This document shows, piece after piece, positions 1-8,260 of a stretch of 15,351 bases of DNA. The position numbers and the translations under genes are program-made. Under the pieces are notes generated by a model that saw only the letters and a program-made list of their open reading frames with translations, did not search any database and was not told the origin of the DNA. The stretch is taken from IMG/VR virus record IMGVR_UViG_2609459769_000006. The stretch is one strand, 5' to 3'. This stretch comes from a virus. Its lineage: Duplodnaviria > Heunggongvirae > Uroviricota > Caudoviricetes. Position 1 is the first letter of the stretch, and the number at the start of each line of letters is the position of its first letter.

Positions 1-879
1 TGAGGCGCTCTGTCCCGCTGCTGTTTCAGAAGACTTAGCGTTCGTCTCGGACGTTTTTGCCGCCTTCGCGGAATTTCCTGCCGCCGTTGCCGAGGAAGCT
101 GCACTACTGGCACTTGATGATGCATTCGTTTCTGAAGATTTCGCTGCCTCTTTTGAGGCCGCCGCACCCCGTGCCGAGGTGGCAGCTTCTGACGCCTTCG
201 TGGTCGCTGTGGATGCAGAAGTGGCTGCCGATTTTTGTGATGCTGCGGCATTCGTTTCTGACGTTTTCGCGGCACTGGCGCTGGTAGCTGCCGCGCTTTT
301 TGATGACTCTGCAGCAGCAGCACTTTTTGCTGCTTCACGGGCCTTTGTCGATGCCGTTCCTGCGCTGGAAGACGCTGACTGAGCCGACGACGCGGCCTGT
401 CCGGCTGACGTGCTGGCGGCACGTGATGAGGCTGCAGCATCGGTTGCATGAGTTGCCGCCTCGCTGGCTGATGCACTGGCATCGCTGGCTGATTTTTTCG
501 CGGCTGCCGTATTCTGTGCAACCGCGGAGGCGTTACGTGACACCTCTTCTACCATCTGCTCAAAGCGGCGCAGTGCCTCCGGTCGGACATCATCCTCCGT
601 CATGGCACCGAGAAAATCATTCAGCGTACCTGGTCTGGAACCTTCATAGACGGTAATGGTCCCGGCATGTGAAGGCGGAAAACCTTCAACCAGCAGGGTG
701 ACGCTGTACTGACCATGCTCAACATCCATGCTGTAACGTCCGGCTTCATCCGGATTTTCAGAGGCCACCGTGTTCACCACCACCGTGCTGCTGGTTCGTC
801 TGGCCTTCAGCACAATGGTGCAGTTCTGTACTGGTTTTCCTGTGCCATCTTTAAGCACGCCAGAAATTTTTACTGTCAT
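1..879 (-). CDS. stf: Side tail fiber protein Stf, N-terminal 293 codons (partial; C-terminal part lies beyond window start)
   Basis: Minus-strand frame from ATG at 879-877 translates MTVKISGVLKDGTGKPVQNCTIVLKARR... followed by Ala/Ser/Thr-rich repeats (AAKTSETNA...), which I recognise as the lambda Stf N-terminus; frame checked by hand at both ends and is open to position 1. Not in the ORF track because no stop lies in the window. Confidence 0.85.
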   Translation of the reverse strand, partial: MTVKISGVLKDGTGKPVQNCTIVLKARRTSSTVVVNTVASENPDEAGRYSMDVEHGQYSVTLLVEGFPPSHAGTITVYEGSRPGTLNDFLGAMTEDDVRPEALRRFEQMVEEVSRNASAVAQNTAAAKKSASDASASASEAATHATDAAASSRAASTSAGQAASSAQSASSSAGTASTKAREAAKSAAAAESSKSAAATSASAAKTSETNAAASQKSAATSASTATTKASEAATSARGAAASKEAAKSSETNASSSASSAASSATAAGNSAKAAKTSETNAKSSETAAGQSAS

Positions 880-893
880 ACTTTTCCACCAAT

Positions 894-924
894 AAAAAAA
901 GCCCGCAGCAGTGACGCCACGGGC
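894..924 (-). terminator. Putative intrinsic terminator between lom and stf
   Basis: Plus strand A-run 894-900 followed by GCCCG...CGGGC inverted repeat (901-905 / 920-924); on the minus strand this reads as a hairpin followed by a T-run, downstream of lom. Long loop, so only moderate. Confidence 0.4.
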
Positions 925-1030
925 TTCAGGACAGTGTAACTTTACGTTTCCTCAAACGCAGTTCACCCCATAAGGTGGATGAACCTGCGTATCATAACAA
1001 TATTTACAGAAGATAAATCGGCGTCTGTTG

Positions 1031-1630
1031 TCAGAAACGGTATCCGATACCAACAATAAATGCATCCGTTCGCCAGTCGCCACTACCGGAACCTTCATAA
1101 GCAAGGTCAATGGTCACGGATTCGGTCGGGTTAAACTGCACGCCAGCCCCCCACGCCAGAGACGTGTTGCTGTGGCGACCGTCATCACTTCCGGTCAGCA
1201 CATCGTGCGTTTTCCCCTTGTTGTCAGTTACGCGGAGATAATCCCCGGAGAAAGTCGACACACGGCTGTAAGCCACACCCGCCATCGCATACGCGCTGAA
1301 CCATTCATTCACGCGTACAGACGGCCCCGCCATCACGCTGAACCAGCGGTTACGCACGGAATCTTCATGCCAGCGGGTATCGCTGTAGCGCGTTTTTTGC
1401 TCATCCTCAGCATTGGCATAACTGAAGGACGTAATCAGCCCCAGCGCGTCCGTAAACTCATAACGGTATTTCACGTTAATCCCGTTCAGATCATCACTAC
1501 CGGGAACGTTCGTCGAGGCATGGAGATACCCCGCGCTCAGCGTGGACTGATGTTCTGCTGCACTCGCTGGCGTAGCAGCGGCGACCTGCCAGACTACTGC
1601 GGACAAAATAACAGCACATAATTTACGCAT
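1031..1630 (-). CDS. lom: Lom outer-membrane protein (Ail/Lom family beta-barrel)
   Basis: 199-aa ORF MRKLCAVILSAV...HQSTLSAGYLHASTNVPGSDDLNGINVKYRYEFTD...AYEGSGSGDWRTDAFIVGIGYRF: signal peptide plus near-identity to my recollection of lambda Lom, ending in aromatic residue typical of OM beta-barrels; GAGAGG SD upstream of ATG 1630. Confidence 0.9.
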   Translation of the reverse strand: MRKLCAVILSAVVWQVAAATPASAAEHQSTLSAGYLHASTNVPGSDDLNGINVKYRYEFTDALGLITSFSYANAEDEQKTRYSDTRWHEDSVRNRWFSVMAGPSVRVNEWFSAYAMAGVAYSRVSTFSGDYLRVTDNKGKTHDVLTGSDDGRHSNTSLAWGAGVQFNPTESVTIDLAYEGSGSGDWRTDAFIVGIGYRF

Positions 1631-1654
1631 AATTACCTCTCGCTTTTCTGCAAT

Positions 1655-1678
1655 AAAAAAGGCGCCATTTCTGGCGCC
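1655..1678 (-). terminator. Putative intrinsic terminator between J fragment and lom
   Basis: Plus strand A-run 1655-1660 then GGCGCCA-tttc-TGGCGCC perfect 7-bp inverted repeat (1661-1678); on minus strand a hairpin followed by T-run, located after the J stop (1698) and just before the lom RBS. Confidence 0.5.
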
Positions 1679-1697
1679 CGTATCTGGGTTATAAAAT

Positions 1698-3068
1698 TCA
1701 GCTAATCGTGATGCCTGCAGTGGCTTTCTTCATCACCACAACCAGCAAATCGCTGATACTTGCTGTGGGATACCAGTTATTTACCAGCCATGCTGACACC
1801 GAAAACTCCAGTGTCATGTGACCGTGACCGGCAGGCATATCAATAACACCACTGTAAATCAGCGTATTATCCAGCGCGGTACGGTTATAAATTTCAGCAC
1901 CGTTTTTCCGCACTATCAGACGGCATGAGGAGTAAATATCAGTATGCTCTTTCTCATGTTTAGCGCCGCTGAATGCCACCGCCGGAATAACAATCTGCCG
2001 GTCAAACGGCTGATCGTCATAAACCCTGACGGTAATGGTTCCTGATGGCCACCGCTCCGGTGCACGGGAGTCCCGGGGGAAAGCTTTGCCCACTGTTTTA
2101 ACGAGATCGCCTTCAATCTGGTTCGCGGACAATTTTCCCAGAACCCGACAGTTCTCGTTAATCGTGACGTTGTTGAGCGTCCCGGAGTTCGCATTCACGT
2201 TACCGCTGATATCGGCATTTTTCGCCGTCAGCCGCCCGTCCGGTGTCAGGGAAAATGCCGGAGGATTACCGCCGCTGGTAATGGTGGGAGCCGTCAGATA
2301 TTTCAGGAACACTTCATTCATAAATATCTGATCGCCCTGACCAACAAACATCGGCTTTGTGTTGCCATTCGCAGGATTAATCATCGCAATCCTGTCTGCC
2401 GCCAGCAGCACCTGACTCTGCATTCCTGCTGGCGTATTCTCAATACCGGCACCGATACCCGCAATATAAAGGCGTCCGTCCTGCATCTGCTGCAGTTTCA
2501 CGGCCCACATGCTGTTCAGGTTATTATTTGTATCAACCTGAACTTTCTGTATCTGCTGGATTGCCGCACTCTGATTTTCCAGTTTTTTATTGACGGTCTG
2601 CGTGATTTCATTGCTGACATTCGTAATGGACGTCCTGATTTCAGCCAGGTCCGGCGCAAGCTGACCGTTATCAATCTGCGTCCACAGCTCCTGGGCCAGA
2701 TGTGTTTTCCCGATTTCTCCTTTGAAAAAATCCAGGTAACCTTCCGCATCATCGCTCGCCCGACCGACAGCCTCCACGAATGCCGATTTGCCAACAGTAT
2801 TCACACTGCGGATATAAAAATAATAATCATGGCCCGGTTTGATATTGATACTGGCAGCTATCCAGTACAGCGCCGAGCCAAGATAGCGGGCTGCGGTTTC
2901 AACCTGCCTGATATCCGCAATCCGCTTTTCCGAGAACCAGAACTCAAACTGTATCCGTGGTGGGGTTGTCGAACTCATCCGCCACCGCAGGACCGTTATC
3001 TGACTAACCTGTATTTCAAAATCAGAGAGGACCGTCGTAAGGCTGCACGGGGAGAGTAATTCAATGAC
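1698..3068 (-). pseudogene. J: Host-specificity/central tail fiber protein J, C-terminal fragment (5'-truncated remnant, about 456 codons of open frame)
   Basis: Translation contains [24 protein letters not shown]...[50 protein letters not shown]...[45 protein letters not shown], recognised as the C-terminal region of lambda J. Frame is open upstream only to a stop at 3069-3071, so roughly 670 N-terminal codons of a full-length J are absent; first ATG is at 2978. Confidence 0.75.
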
Positions 3069-3408
3069 TCAAAACTATGAACTGATTGTGAAAGGGATCC
3101 GCAATTTTGAGAATAAAGTTACGGTAACTTTAGCGTTACGGGACAAAAAACGCTTTGACGGTGAAATTTTTGACCTGGACATCTCGCTGGACCGTGTTGA
3201 AGGTGCCGCGCTGGAGTTTTATGAGGCAGCAGCCAGAAGGAGCATCAGACAGGTCTTCCTGGATGTTGCTGCCGGGTTATGTGAAGGGGATGAGCAGTCG
3301 CCGGAAAAGCGCCCCGTAATTTTAGAGGCGCAGGATGTGTTGATAACCTACAGAGGAAAACTACCGGGAATAATTACGGGTTCTCTGAAGAGTCCGCCGA
3401 AATGGTAA
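3064..3408 (+). CDS. Hypothetical protein (114 aa), sits at the J truncation junction
   Basis: ORF with GGGGAGAG SD-like sequence 7 nt upstream of ATG 3064; soluble-looking protein; no family recognised. Confidence 0.45.
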   Translation: MTQNYELIVKGIRNFENKVTVTLALRDKKRFDGEIFDLDISLDRVEGAALEFYEAAARRSIRQVFLDVAAGLCEGDEQSPEKRPVILEAQDVLITYRGKLPGIITGSLKSPPKW

Positions 3409-3646
3409 TTTTACCAGCATATTTTTCATCCAGTAATACAGCAAGCCGCCTGAAAGAGTCTTGTTGTTCCTGAGACCATTTGGGATTGCATGATTCAAAC
3501 TGGATTGATGCCAGCGTTGATTGCATCTGTTCCCTTGGAATTGAGAATGCCAGATATGAGAAGGCGACGGTAAGGGTATTCACGTCTTCCCGAAGCCTGG
3601 AAATGCTGTCGAGCAACTCCTGTAGAGAAATGGTGTTATTGTCCAT
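3374..3646 (-). CDS. Hypothetical protein (90 aa)
   Basis: ORF with GAGGAT SD 6 nt upstream of ATG 3646; 3' end overlaps the 3' end of the convergent 114-aa ORF by 35 nt; no family recognised. Confidence 0.4.
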   Translation of the reverse strand: MDNNTISLQELLDSISRLREDVNTLTVAFSYLAFSIPREQMQSTLASIQFESCNPKWSQEQQDSFRRLAVLLDEKYAGKITISADSSENP

Positions 3647-3751
3647 AAATAATCCTCATGATTGTATTGACCTGTTAGCAGCCTGAGGCAACAGGCTGGA
3701 ACTGATAAACATATCCAGGGCTCAGAAACCGATAAATCCTGATAAATATCC

Positions 3752-4315
3752 ATGAACGCAAAAATCAGATACGGCCTGTCGGCTGCCGTTCTGGCGCTGA
3801 TTGCCGCTGGTGCGCCTGCGCCTGACATTCTCGACCAGTTTCTGGATGAAAAGGAAGGTAACCACACCACGGCATACCGTGATGGCGCGGGTATCTGGAC
3901 CATCTGCCGCGGTGCCATCCTGGTGGATGGCAAACCTGTCGTTCCGGGCATGAAGTTGTCGAAGGAAAAATGCGACCGGGTTAACGCCATTGAGCGTGAT
4001 AAGGCGCTGGCATGGGTGGAGAAAAACATCAGAGTGCCATTGAGTGAACCCCAGAAACGGGTGATCACCGGGATTGCGTCAACGCCTTCTCCGGATCGGG
4101 ATGGTGACATCCTGGAGCCGGAGGGCGCGGAGTTTGGCAGTGCGATCCCGTTTCTCTGGCAGCATGACCATTCCCGCCCGGTGGGGCAGTGTACGGTACG
4201 CCGGGTCAGCGAAGGGCTGGAAATCACGGCAACACTGGTGAAGCCCGTACCGGATATGCCGTCGCAACTGGCTGCCCGGCTGCCGGGCCAGCCACTCCAT
4301 TCAGTTTCGGAGTAA
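3752..4315 (+). pseudogene. Chimeric remnant: SAR-endolysin (GH24 phage lysozyme) N-terminus fused in frame to a prohead protease (HK97-type) N-terminal fragment
   Basis: Residues 1-105 (nt 3752-4066): signal-anchor-like LSAAVLALIAAGA followed by lysozyme catalytic E-8aa-D-5aa-T pattern (EGNHTTAYRDGAGIWT). Residues from about 106 (nt 4067-4315): IASTPSPDRDGDILEPEGAEF...PFLWQHDHSRPVGQ, resembling the N-terminus of caudoviral prohead proteases. Too short for either full enzyme; no holin upstream; no clear SD. Confidence 0.55.
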
Positions 4316-5309
4316 CCGTGGCACTGCCGGCGGTGAACACCAGCTCCAGCGTCTGCCAGTCGTTACTGTAATTCCCGAACTCGCCCAACTTTGTGTTTCC
4401 TGCTTTCCTGTGATGCATCAGATTCAGTTTGCCGTCTGTGGTCTGGGTGAAGAACGACATCAGGAACGGGTTACCAGTCCCGGTCATCGTCACGACGTCA
4501 GGTAACGCTACATCGGTATACAGATAAATTCCCAGACCGAACTGGTTGTTGGTCAGTGCGCCTGACAGTCGAAACTTACAGCTCAGTCTGCCACCCCGTG
4601 TCAGCAGGGAGACTGCGTCATCCACCGGATGCATCAGGGACCAGGTTTTATTGCTCTGCTTGGTAACCTTAAACACACCATCTTCCAGCGCAACACTGCC
4701 GCCGGTGATGGTCCAGCCCTGCGCAGCAGCCTCTCCGGCTGTCGGCAGCAGGGAGACTGTACGAACGGATGTGTCACCATCAGACGGCCCCGATGGCGTG
4801 TCGCCGCCGGGCGAGGGTTTAATCTCCGGTGCGGTACCGCTGATGAAGGCGCTGGTTCGACCAACTGCGTTCAGAATAGCGGTTGCCAGGCGATCCGAAA
4901 TAATGCCCCTGCGCGCCCATGAACTGAAATGTGTCGGACGATTTGACGATACCCAATTACCATTACTACGGGATTGCGCGCCGTAATAACCTGCATCAGC
5001 AATATCCGGGTCTTCTGCCGGTAAGTTGGTGGGCGTGTTGTTGCCGTTACCGTCGGTCATGAACGGCACAAAGAAAACGTTGTCGCTCTCCCTGTTTTTG
5101 TACGCGCCGTAGACGGAGTCATACTGTGTGCCGTATGTGTTTTTCCAGTAATACGTCGTGTCGCCACAAATCCACGGTACAACTGCAGCACTGCCGCCAT
5201 GGCACTGCGCCGCCAGCCCGGCAAGGTCAGCACGGAACTGCTGTACCATTGCAAGAAATGCTGCTGGCTGCTGGGCGTACCAGAACAGATCGAAGTAATA
5301 CCCGCACAT
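4224..5309 (-). CDS. Hypothetical two-domain protein (361 aa): Cys/aromatic-rich N-domain, Pro/Ser/Gly linker, C-terminal Gly/Thr-rich probable beta-rich domain
   Basis: Longest and most protein-like ORF in this GC-rich stretch; start ATG overlaps the stop of the upstream 92-aa ORF in a TAATG arrangement (5305-5309), suggesting translational coupling; linker PEIKPSPGGDTPSGPSDGDTS. No family recognised. Confidence 0.6.
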   Translation of the reverse strand: MCGYYFDLFWYAQQPAAFLAMVQQFRADLAGLAAQCHGGSAAVVPWICGDTTYYWKNTYGTQYDSVYGAYKNRESDNVFFVPFMTDGNGNNTPTNLPAEDPDIADAGYYGAQSRSNGNWVSSNRPTHFSSWARRGIISDRLATAILNAVGRTSAFISGTAPEIKPSPGGDTPSGPSDGDTSVRTVSLLPTAGEAAAQGWTITGGSVALEDGVFKVTKQSNKTWSLMHPVDDAVSLLTRGGRLSCKFRLSGALTNNQFGLGIYLYTDVALPDVVTMTGTGNPFLMSFFTQTTDGKLNLMHHRKAGNTKLGEFGNYSNDWQTLELVFTAGSATVTPKLNGVAGPAAGQPVATAYPVRASPVLP

Positions 5310-5587
5310 TACCTCCAGATCCGTTGCTGGAATGTGCGGGACGGACGCGCTGGCCGTTCTGAGTAAGGGAGCCTGACGGAGATTATCCAGTGACGGTAGT
5401 CGAGGCTAAGGGCTTTTTTAACCTCGCATCCGCGCCCGCGGTAACACTGAATGAGCCATTCAGCCTGTTCTTCGGTGCAGGGGTCGTGCTGATACCAGTC
5501 AGATTTGAATGCATGAGAACGCCGCCCGTGCCTGCTGGCAGGGGCGGCAGAGTTATCCGAATTGTAAAATTTGGTATCGTGCGCCAT
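5309..5587 (-). CDS. Hypothetical protein (92 aa), first gene of a coupled pair
   Basis: ATG at 5587; stop overlaps start of the 361-aa ORF (TAATG). Contains Cys-containing segment DPCTEEQAEWLIQCYRGRGC. Weak SD. Confidence 0.5.
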   Translation of the reverse strand: MAHDTKFYNSDNSAAPASRHGRRSHAFKSDWYQHDPCTEEQAEWLIQCYRGRGCEVKKALSLDYRHWIISVRLPYSERPARPSRTFQQRIWR

Positions 5588-5854
5588 CTGTTTTCTCTGC
5601 TGGCGCAGCAGGTGCCAGTTGTTCAGGCTGACGTATGAAGTATAAATAAACTGGCTCCAGTGTAAAGCCCCACCTTAATGGAATAAAAACCAAACAACAG
5701 ATTGCTGGGATAAAAATACAACGCTTATTATTAAAAGCGGTTAGATAAATTAAATTTTAATGTTATGCAAATCTGCCAGATTAGCATAATATTTCATTTG
5801 AAAACCGCTGAAATAACAATCTTATCGGGATTAATCATATTAAGGTGAGTAAAT

Positions 5855-5941
5855 ATGGAAAACAACAAATCTGCACATTACGCTCCTTTTTTATCTGTAA
5901 TACTTTTTGTATTTTGTTGTGTATGGGCGGTATTTTTATAA
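5855..5941 (+). CDS. Candidate small hydrophobic peptide (28 aa, MENNKSAHYAPFLSVILFVFCCVWAVFL)
   Basis: Not in supplied ORF track (below size cutoff). AAGGTGAG SD at 5842-5849, 5 nt before ATG 5855; polar N-terminus then 17 hydrophobic residues; stop TAA 5939-5941 followed 20 nt later by a hairpin terminator; lies in AT-rich intergenic DNA convergent with the protease gene. Codons verified by hand. Confidence 0.3.
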   Translation: MENNKSAHYAPFLSVILFVFCCVWAVFL

Positions 5942-5961
5942 AACACACCCACAAATAAATC

Positions 5962-5981
5962 AAACCCGCTACAGCGGGTTT
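5962..5981. terminator. Putative bidirectional intrinsic terminator
   Basis: Perfect 8-bp inverted repeat AAACCCGC-taca-GCGGGTTT; T-rich sequence follows on both strands (plus: gatttatat; minus: gatttatttgtgggtgtgtttt). Positioned between the protease stop (5996-5998) and the small plus-strand ORF stop (5939-5941). Confidence 0.5.
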
Positions 5982-5995
5982 GATTTATATAGTTG

Positions 5996-8260
5996 TTATA
6001 CGGAAACTGGCACACGAGCAGGCAATGGATAGTGAGCCCAGTTATTAGCATTTAAAGCTCTTACGCCATCAGCATAAACTTGTGTGTTTCCATCTAATGA
6101 TTTTAAAGTTACTACAATAGTTACAGGTAAAGGCTCCATTAAGGCCGGTTCATTCGCTCTCAACGTTGTTTTAGCTTGAAGAGCCCAGTTACCCGAAGTA
6201 ATTCCTTTATTAAATGCCTTGCGATGAATTTTTACTGGTGACCACTTTCCACCATGCTCAATTTGAGCTCTCTCATATCCAGATTGACCGTTTTCTCCTT
6301 CCATAGGTACTTTTCCTTTTATAGTATTATTCTCAATTAAGCCAAAACTTAGCTCTACGTTCGCGCGAACATATTCACTGCCGGCATTAGGGTTCAGTGG
6401 TGGTGCATATGCAGCAGTAATTACAATCTCACCTTTAAATTTTCCATTTTGAATAAGTGCCGATGGTATGGGATAGTTTTCCTTTCTCCACCTCACCCCA
6501 GGAACCAAGAATGTTTGGAAAATCAGAGTAAACCTATCATCACTATCATATAAGGTCTCAATAACCTCATTAGGAATTCCCGCTCCCAAATAGCGTCTTT
6601 CACTTGGCGAGTAATCAGGAGAAGATAATTGAGCGGAATGAATTAATAATGCTTTAATCAATGATGGTGAAACATTAAAGTCTGAATTAGTGGCTATTCT
6701 CTGCCATGTATGCGCAGCTAAACTTGCCACAATTGGAGCAGCAAAACTAGTACCAAAATTAGAGCAAAGCCTATTATCTGGCCCTACGACCTTTAAACTG
6801 CTTGCTCCTACATTCCAAGGTCTATGAACCCCACCGCCAGCATGGATTATATCTGGCTTTGGAGTAAATACAGGCCCAGGGCCACGACGAGTATATGGTG
6901 TCGGTGTTCCAATTTCACTTAAAGCATCATTAGCTTCCATATGAGAAACTGAACCAACTGTTAGTGCTCGGACTGACTCTCCAGGAGAGGAAATTAAATC
7001 AGCACCTCCAAGCGGATCAGGATTTGGCCATGTACGTATAGGTTCATCTACATAATTACCTGCAGCAACTACAAACAAAATACCAAATTTATCGCTGAGC
7101 CGATCTAACTCCATCGCAAAATCACTAAACATCTGCTCATTACATGGTCCGCCTCCCAAAGATAAATTCCAGACTTTTATATCTGGTCTTTTATTTACAG
7201 CATCTGCTAGCCTCAGAATTAAATCTGATATATAAGATCCATTTTCATCTAAAGCACAAACATCATGGATTTTAGATTTTGTATCAGGAATCCATGGATG
7301 ATTGTCATTTAAAAAATGAGCGCCTGATATCAATGAAGACACCATAGTCCCATGTTCATAACTCGTATCAGGAGGAATTACGTATGTTTCCCTACTCACT
7401 ACCCAAGGAGTAATTGTTGCCGCGATGGGGCTTACCCCAGTGTCAAATACAGCAACAATGGGTAATTCTTCTGATGGTACGGGAAAGCTATTTGTTTCAA
7501 TGCCAACAGAATCACTTACACTAACCGGGAATGCTGAATATTTTGGTTCTGGAATTAACGTTCTTATACCCGGGTAATCAATGAGAATGTCTAATATATA
7601 TCTATCATTTGGGGATAAATCCATTATCCTTAATAAGGGAAGACCACATTTTGGTCTAATCTCATCATATTTAACTCCGTGTTGTTCTAATATAGAAATA
7701 ACGTTTTCATAGTTGTTGTAAGTTGCATCTTCACCTGTGTACTCAAATAGTCGTACAAGGATGTTTGATGATTCAAACAAACCATCAGTGCCTCCTGGAA
7801 CCTTCCTATTCTCATCCCAAGGTTCAATGCGCTCAATCGCGCTTAGATTAGCCAAAATCGCTTTAATATTCCGATGTAAAATGACTGACTCTAATACGTC
7901 AAAACAGCCGGCATGAGCAGCAACCAACATTTCATCTATTTTGGCATGACCGGCATTTTGCAATCCAGCCTCTTGAGCAATTTTGTTCGGCCTATGCGTT
8001 TTGGCTATTCCCTGGTCTCTTAATTTGAAAACCAAAGTACCCAAGCTTCCAGGGTACTCTGAAAGTTTGGATTCTAAATAATGTTTACTGGTTGTTAAAT
8101 TTCTTACTAGCCCTTGTCTATATTCGGCTGTTACATCAACCAATACCTTTGCCCCACCGCCAGCGTTTACTATTGCACCCAAGTCACTACTGGAAAAAGG
8201 GATTCTTAACATTGGGTTTGTAACTTTTGCGTTACTAAACTGTGTACCCCTTCTGCTCAT
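5996..8260 (-). CDS. Large subtilisin-like serine protease (peptidase S8 fold) with uncharacterised N- and C-terminal extensions, 754 aa
   Basis: Canonical subtilase order and motifs: Asp in VAVFDTGV (D273), His in YEHGTMVSS (H303), oxyanion Asn in VVAAGN (N401), Ser in GTSFAAP (S505). About 255 residues before and about 195 after the catalytic domain with no recognised motifs. ATG 8260 preceded by AGGAG; start overlaps ATPase stop by 26 nt. AT-rich codon usage. Confidence 0.85.
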   Translation of the reverse strand: MSRRGTQFSNAKVTNPMLRIPFSSSDLGAIVNAGGGAKVLVDVTAEYRQGLVRNLTTSKHYLESKLSEYPGSLGTLVFKLRDQGIAKTHRPNKIAQEAGLQNAGHAKIDEMLVAAHAGCFDVLESVILHRNIKAILANLSAIERIEPWDENRKVPGGTDGLFESSNILVRLFEYTGEDATYNNYENVISILEQHGVKYDEIRPKCGLPLLRIMDLSPNDRYILDILIDYPGIRTLIPEPKYSAFPVSVSDSVGIETNSFPVPSEELPIVAVFDTGVSPIAATITPWVVSRETYVIPPDTSYEHGTMVSSLISGAHFLNDNHPWIPDTKSKIHDVCALDENGSYISDLILRLADAVNKRPDIKVWNLSLGGGPCNEQMFSDFAMELDRLSDKFGILFVVAAGNYVDEPIRTWPNPDPLGGADLISSPGESVRALTVGSVSHMEANDALSEIGTPTPYTRRGPGPVFTPKPDIIHAGGGVHRPWNVGASSLKVVGPDNRLCSNFGTSFAAPIVASLAAHTWQRIATNSDFNVSPSLIKALLIHSAQLSSPDYSPSERRYLGAGIPNEVIETLYDSDDRFTLIFQTFLVPGVRWRKENYPIPSALIQNGKFKGEIVITAAYAPPLNPNAGSEYVRANVELSFGLIENNTIKGKVPMEGENGQSGYERAQIEHGGKWSPVKIHRKAFNKGITSGNWALQAKTTLRANEPALMEPLPVTIVVTLKSLDGNTQVYADGVRALNANNWAHYPLPARVPVSV

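Noticed and set aside
57-656. Three overlapping plus-strand ORFs (76, 67 and 118 aa)
   Set aside because: They are antisense to the Stf coding frame; the Ala/Ser-rich repetitive stf sequence yields open frames on the opposite strand. Translations are low-complexity (PRW-rich).
1-879. Tandem imperfect DNA repeats in the first 600 nt
   Set aside because: These encode the known Ala/Ser/Thr-rich repeat region of the Stf N-terminal shaft, not an independent repeat element or CRISPR array.
715-939. Plus-strand 74-aa ORF
   Set aside because: Overlaps the stf start and the lom terminator on the opposite strand; no SD; His/Arg-rich junk-like translation.
1028-1621. Plus-strand 197-aa ORF
   Set aside because: Exactly antisense to lom, whose translation is clearly the real protein.
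4546-4986. Plus-strand ORFs of 146 and 97 aa, and other short ORFs across 4189-5638
   Set aside because: All lie inside the GC-rich 92-aa/361-aa operon region; translations are Arg/Pro/Ser-rich as expected for out-of-frame GC-rich DNA, whereas the minus-strand 361-aa frame is protein-like and coupled to its upstream gene.
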